Shown in pieces: positions 62,276 through 64,000 of a DNA stretch of 64,000 nt (the first letter of the stretch is position 1; each line of letters opens with the position of its first letter). The position numbers were made by a program, and so were the translations under genes. A model generated the notes under the pieces. The model did not search any database. It saw nothing but the letters and a program-made list of their open reading frames with translations, and had not been told where the DNA came from. Source of the stretch: a bacterium (GTDB lineage: Bacteria; Hinthialibacterota; Hinthialibacteria; Hinthialibacterales; Hinthialibacteraceae); NCBI GenBank assembly GCA_963663405.2, contig CAXXSM010000022.1, forward strand, positions 32,001 through 96,000, in the 5' to 3' direction.

Positions 62276-62639
62276 CCGGGCTCCTTTTTGGATCGATCGT
62301 TTTTATCCCCAAAAAGGTATCTTGCCAAAATCATCAACTCTACGGAATCCCCCGGCCCAGCTCAGGAGGTCTGACGGTAGAGGCCCTGTGCCAAATTCCA
62401 TGATTCTACCTACAAAACCTGAAAGCCCAGGATTAAAATCCTCGGGCTTTGTTTTTTTCTTCGGGACATTTGAATTGGTTTGAATCGGTGGCAAGGAAGA
62501 TTGATTCGGGGAGAGGCTTACTGTTCAACTTATACAGCATAGTTATTAATACTGAAAAGAAGATTGGGTTCATTATGCGCTATCGAAGGTGTTTGTGCGC
62601 GAAGTGTGGGAGATGTTATTCTACAGTGGAGAAGTGATC

Positions 62640-63569
62640 TCAGCGAGTTAGGGATAACCATATGATCGGACCATATTCATTCTTTAGTATTTTCATTATT
62701 TTTTTTCTATGATGTTGTTCTGTTTTAGATAACAGAACATCTAAATTCATTTTTTGTAATCGATCTATTTCATTTTGATCATTTTTTATTTTTATTGTGT
62801 CTATAATAGCATTTGTACAAAATGATTTATCTTTATTTTCATAAAACCAATAAAATTCAGAATAAAATTTAAGAAAATTTTTTACATCTTCTGGAAGTTT
62901 AACATATTCGGCAAGTCTATAATATTGTTTTGGATACCTAAGATGTGGAGGCGTATCGGCGGATGCAATAGCCTTATATGTCTCATCTAGTTTTTCAGGC
63001 TCTTCAAAAAATATATTACACCAAACCAGCGCCTTCCTTTGTAGATTATTTTCATCTTTTTTTAGTATCTCTTCTAAATAACCATTAAATGGTTTATATT
63101 TATATGGTTCTTTTTTATATTTGTCAGATTTAATTGCTTGCAGATTTGCTTGTAGCATATTATTCACTTTAAGATTTTGACAATATCTACGAATTGACCA
63201 AACCGTTTCATCAAGATTTTTTAAATCATATAAATTTGAGTAAGATGATATTGTTAGATAGCGATCACTACCACACAATTGTATGCGCTCAATAAAATCC
63301 TCAAGTTTTTCAGGTAAGTCAAATTCTAAATATTCAATATTTTTAACACGTTTTAATGATTTTTTTAAATTATGTCCTAAATCTTGTGTCTCTTCTTTAT
63401 TATAAAGTAGAATTGCTTTTAAATATTTTTCAATTGTCTGCAATGCTGACCAGCGAAATTGCCATATTAGTTCATGTCTATACAAAATCCTTGCTGTAAT
63501 GTAGTCTTTATCCGCATAATTGCGAAAACAATGAGTGGCAAATTGAAAAAGATCAATATCTGAAACCAT
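62640..63569 (-). CDS. HEPN-domain protein, AT-rich
   Basis: ADKDYITAR..QTIEKYLKA..GHNL; RBS GGAGG. Confidence 0.7.
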   Translation of the reverse strand: MVSDIDLFQFATHCFRNYADKDYITARILYRHELIWQFRWSALQTIEKYLKAILLYNKEETQDLGHNLKKSLKRVKNIEYLEFDLPEKLEDFIERIQLCGSDRYLTISSYSNLYDLKNLDETVWSIRRYCQNLKVNNMLQANLQAIKSDKYKKEPYKYKPFNGYLEEILKKDENNLQRKALVWCNIFFEEPEKLDETYKAIASADTPPHLRYPKQYYRLAEYVKLPEDVKNFLKFYSEFYWFYENKDKSFCTNAIIDTIKIKNDQNEIDRLQKMNLDVLLSKTEQHHRKKIMKILKNEYGPIIWLSLTR

Positions 63570-63583
63570 TATTAATCCTCCTT

Positions 63584-63808
63584 CTAAAATAAGACTGTGC
63601 CTGTTGGATTGCAAAACCTAATATTATTGCCCATGACAACAATCCAGTAATTCCCAAGACCATGCCCACCACTCCATAGAATTATCTTAGCTTCCTGCAA
63701 TTGTACCCAAAACAACAACCGCATAGCCAAACAGAATAGGTATACTAATATGGACAGAATTCCCATTCCAAGGCTGAGTATTGCCATAGTTTTTACATTA
63801 TCACTCAT
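63584..63808 (-). CDS. Small hydrophobic hypothetical protein
   Basis: ORF with hydrophobic segments; no recognised motif. Confidence 0.35.
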   Translation of the reverse strand: MSDNVKTMAILSLGMGILSILVYLFCLAMRLLFWVQLQEAKIILWSGGHGLGNYWIVVMGNNIRFCNPTGTVLF

Positions 63809-64000
63809 TTCATTTATCCATGTTTTTTAGCAGTTCATTAAATAACAATATATTATATAAACTCGAAAGTCAATGAGATTTATTGATTTAATCGAATTAT
63901 TTCTAATTAGATCAGAATGGATAAATTTTCAGAATACATAGGATCAAGACATTGTGCTTTCGACTCTTTTTCTCCCTTTTGACTGTATATACAGCTGAAG

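Larger units (their letters stand above)
60042..62374 (-). mobile_element. Insertion sequence (2333 bp), DDE transposase, family not assigned
   Basis: Terminal IRs TCAGGCCTCCTGATCTGGG / CCCAGCTCAGGAGGTCTGA (17/19); flanked by a CGG direct repeat. Confidence 0.88.

Overview
Bacterial DNA, probably from an anaerobic or facultative organism. Taxonomy is not established; some protein styles resemble PVC/Sumerlaeota/Hinthialibacterota-like lineages. Several isolated single-base indels in short homopolymers look like long-read consensus errors. The first ~19.4 kb is a selenium locus: selA, a double-cubane/2-hydroxyacyl-CoA dehydratase-family reductase, a SelD-AhpD fusion, three paralogous exported proteins (Cys-less redoxin plus pilin-like domains), three further paralogous exported proteins, and selB. 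The main finding concerns the last three paralogs. The ORF track stops each at ...KFEYG-TGA, but each reads on in frame for exactly 47 conserved codons. Each TGA is followed 14 nt later by a hairpin that shows a compensatory base-pair change. They are therefore very likely secreted selenoproteins with an EYG-U-GFTC (UxxxC) motif, from a family I do not recognise. The rest of the window holds a repeat-domain secreted protein, an RG/Met tandem-repeat protein, transporters, two large MCPs, a sulfatase, tRNA-Leu(CAA), nifU-nifS, orphan antitoxins, two IS elements with clear ends and target duplications, several dispersed hairpin repeats and an AT-rich HEPN gene.
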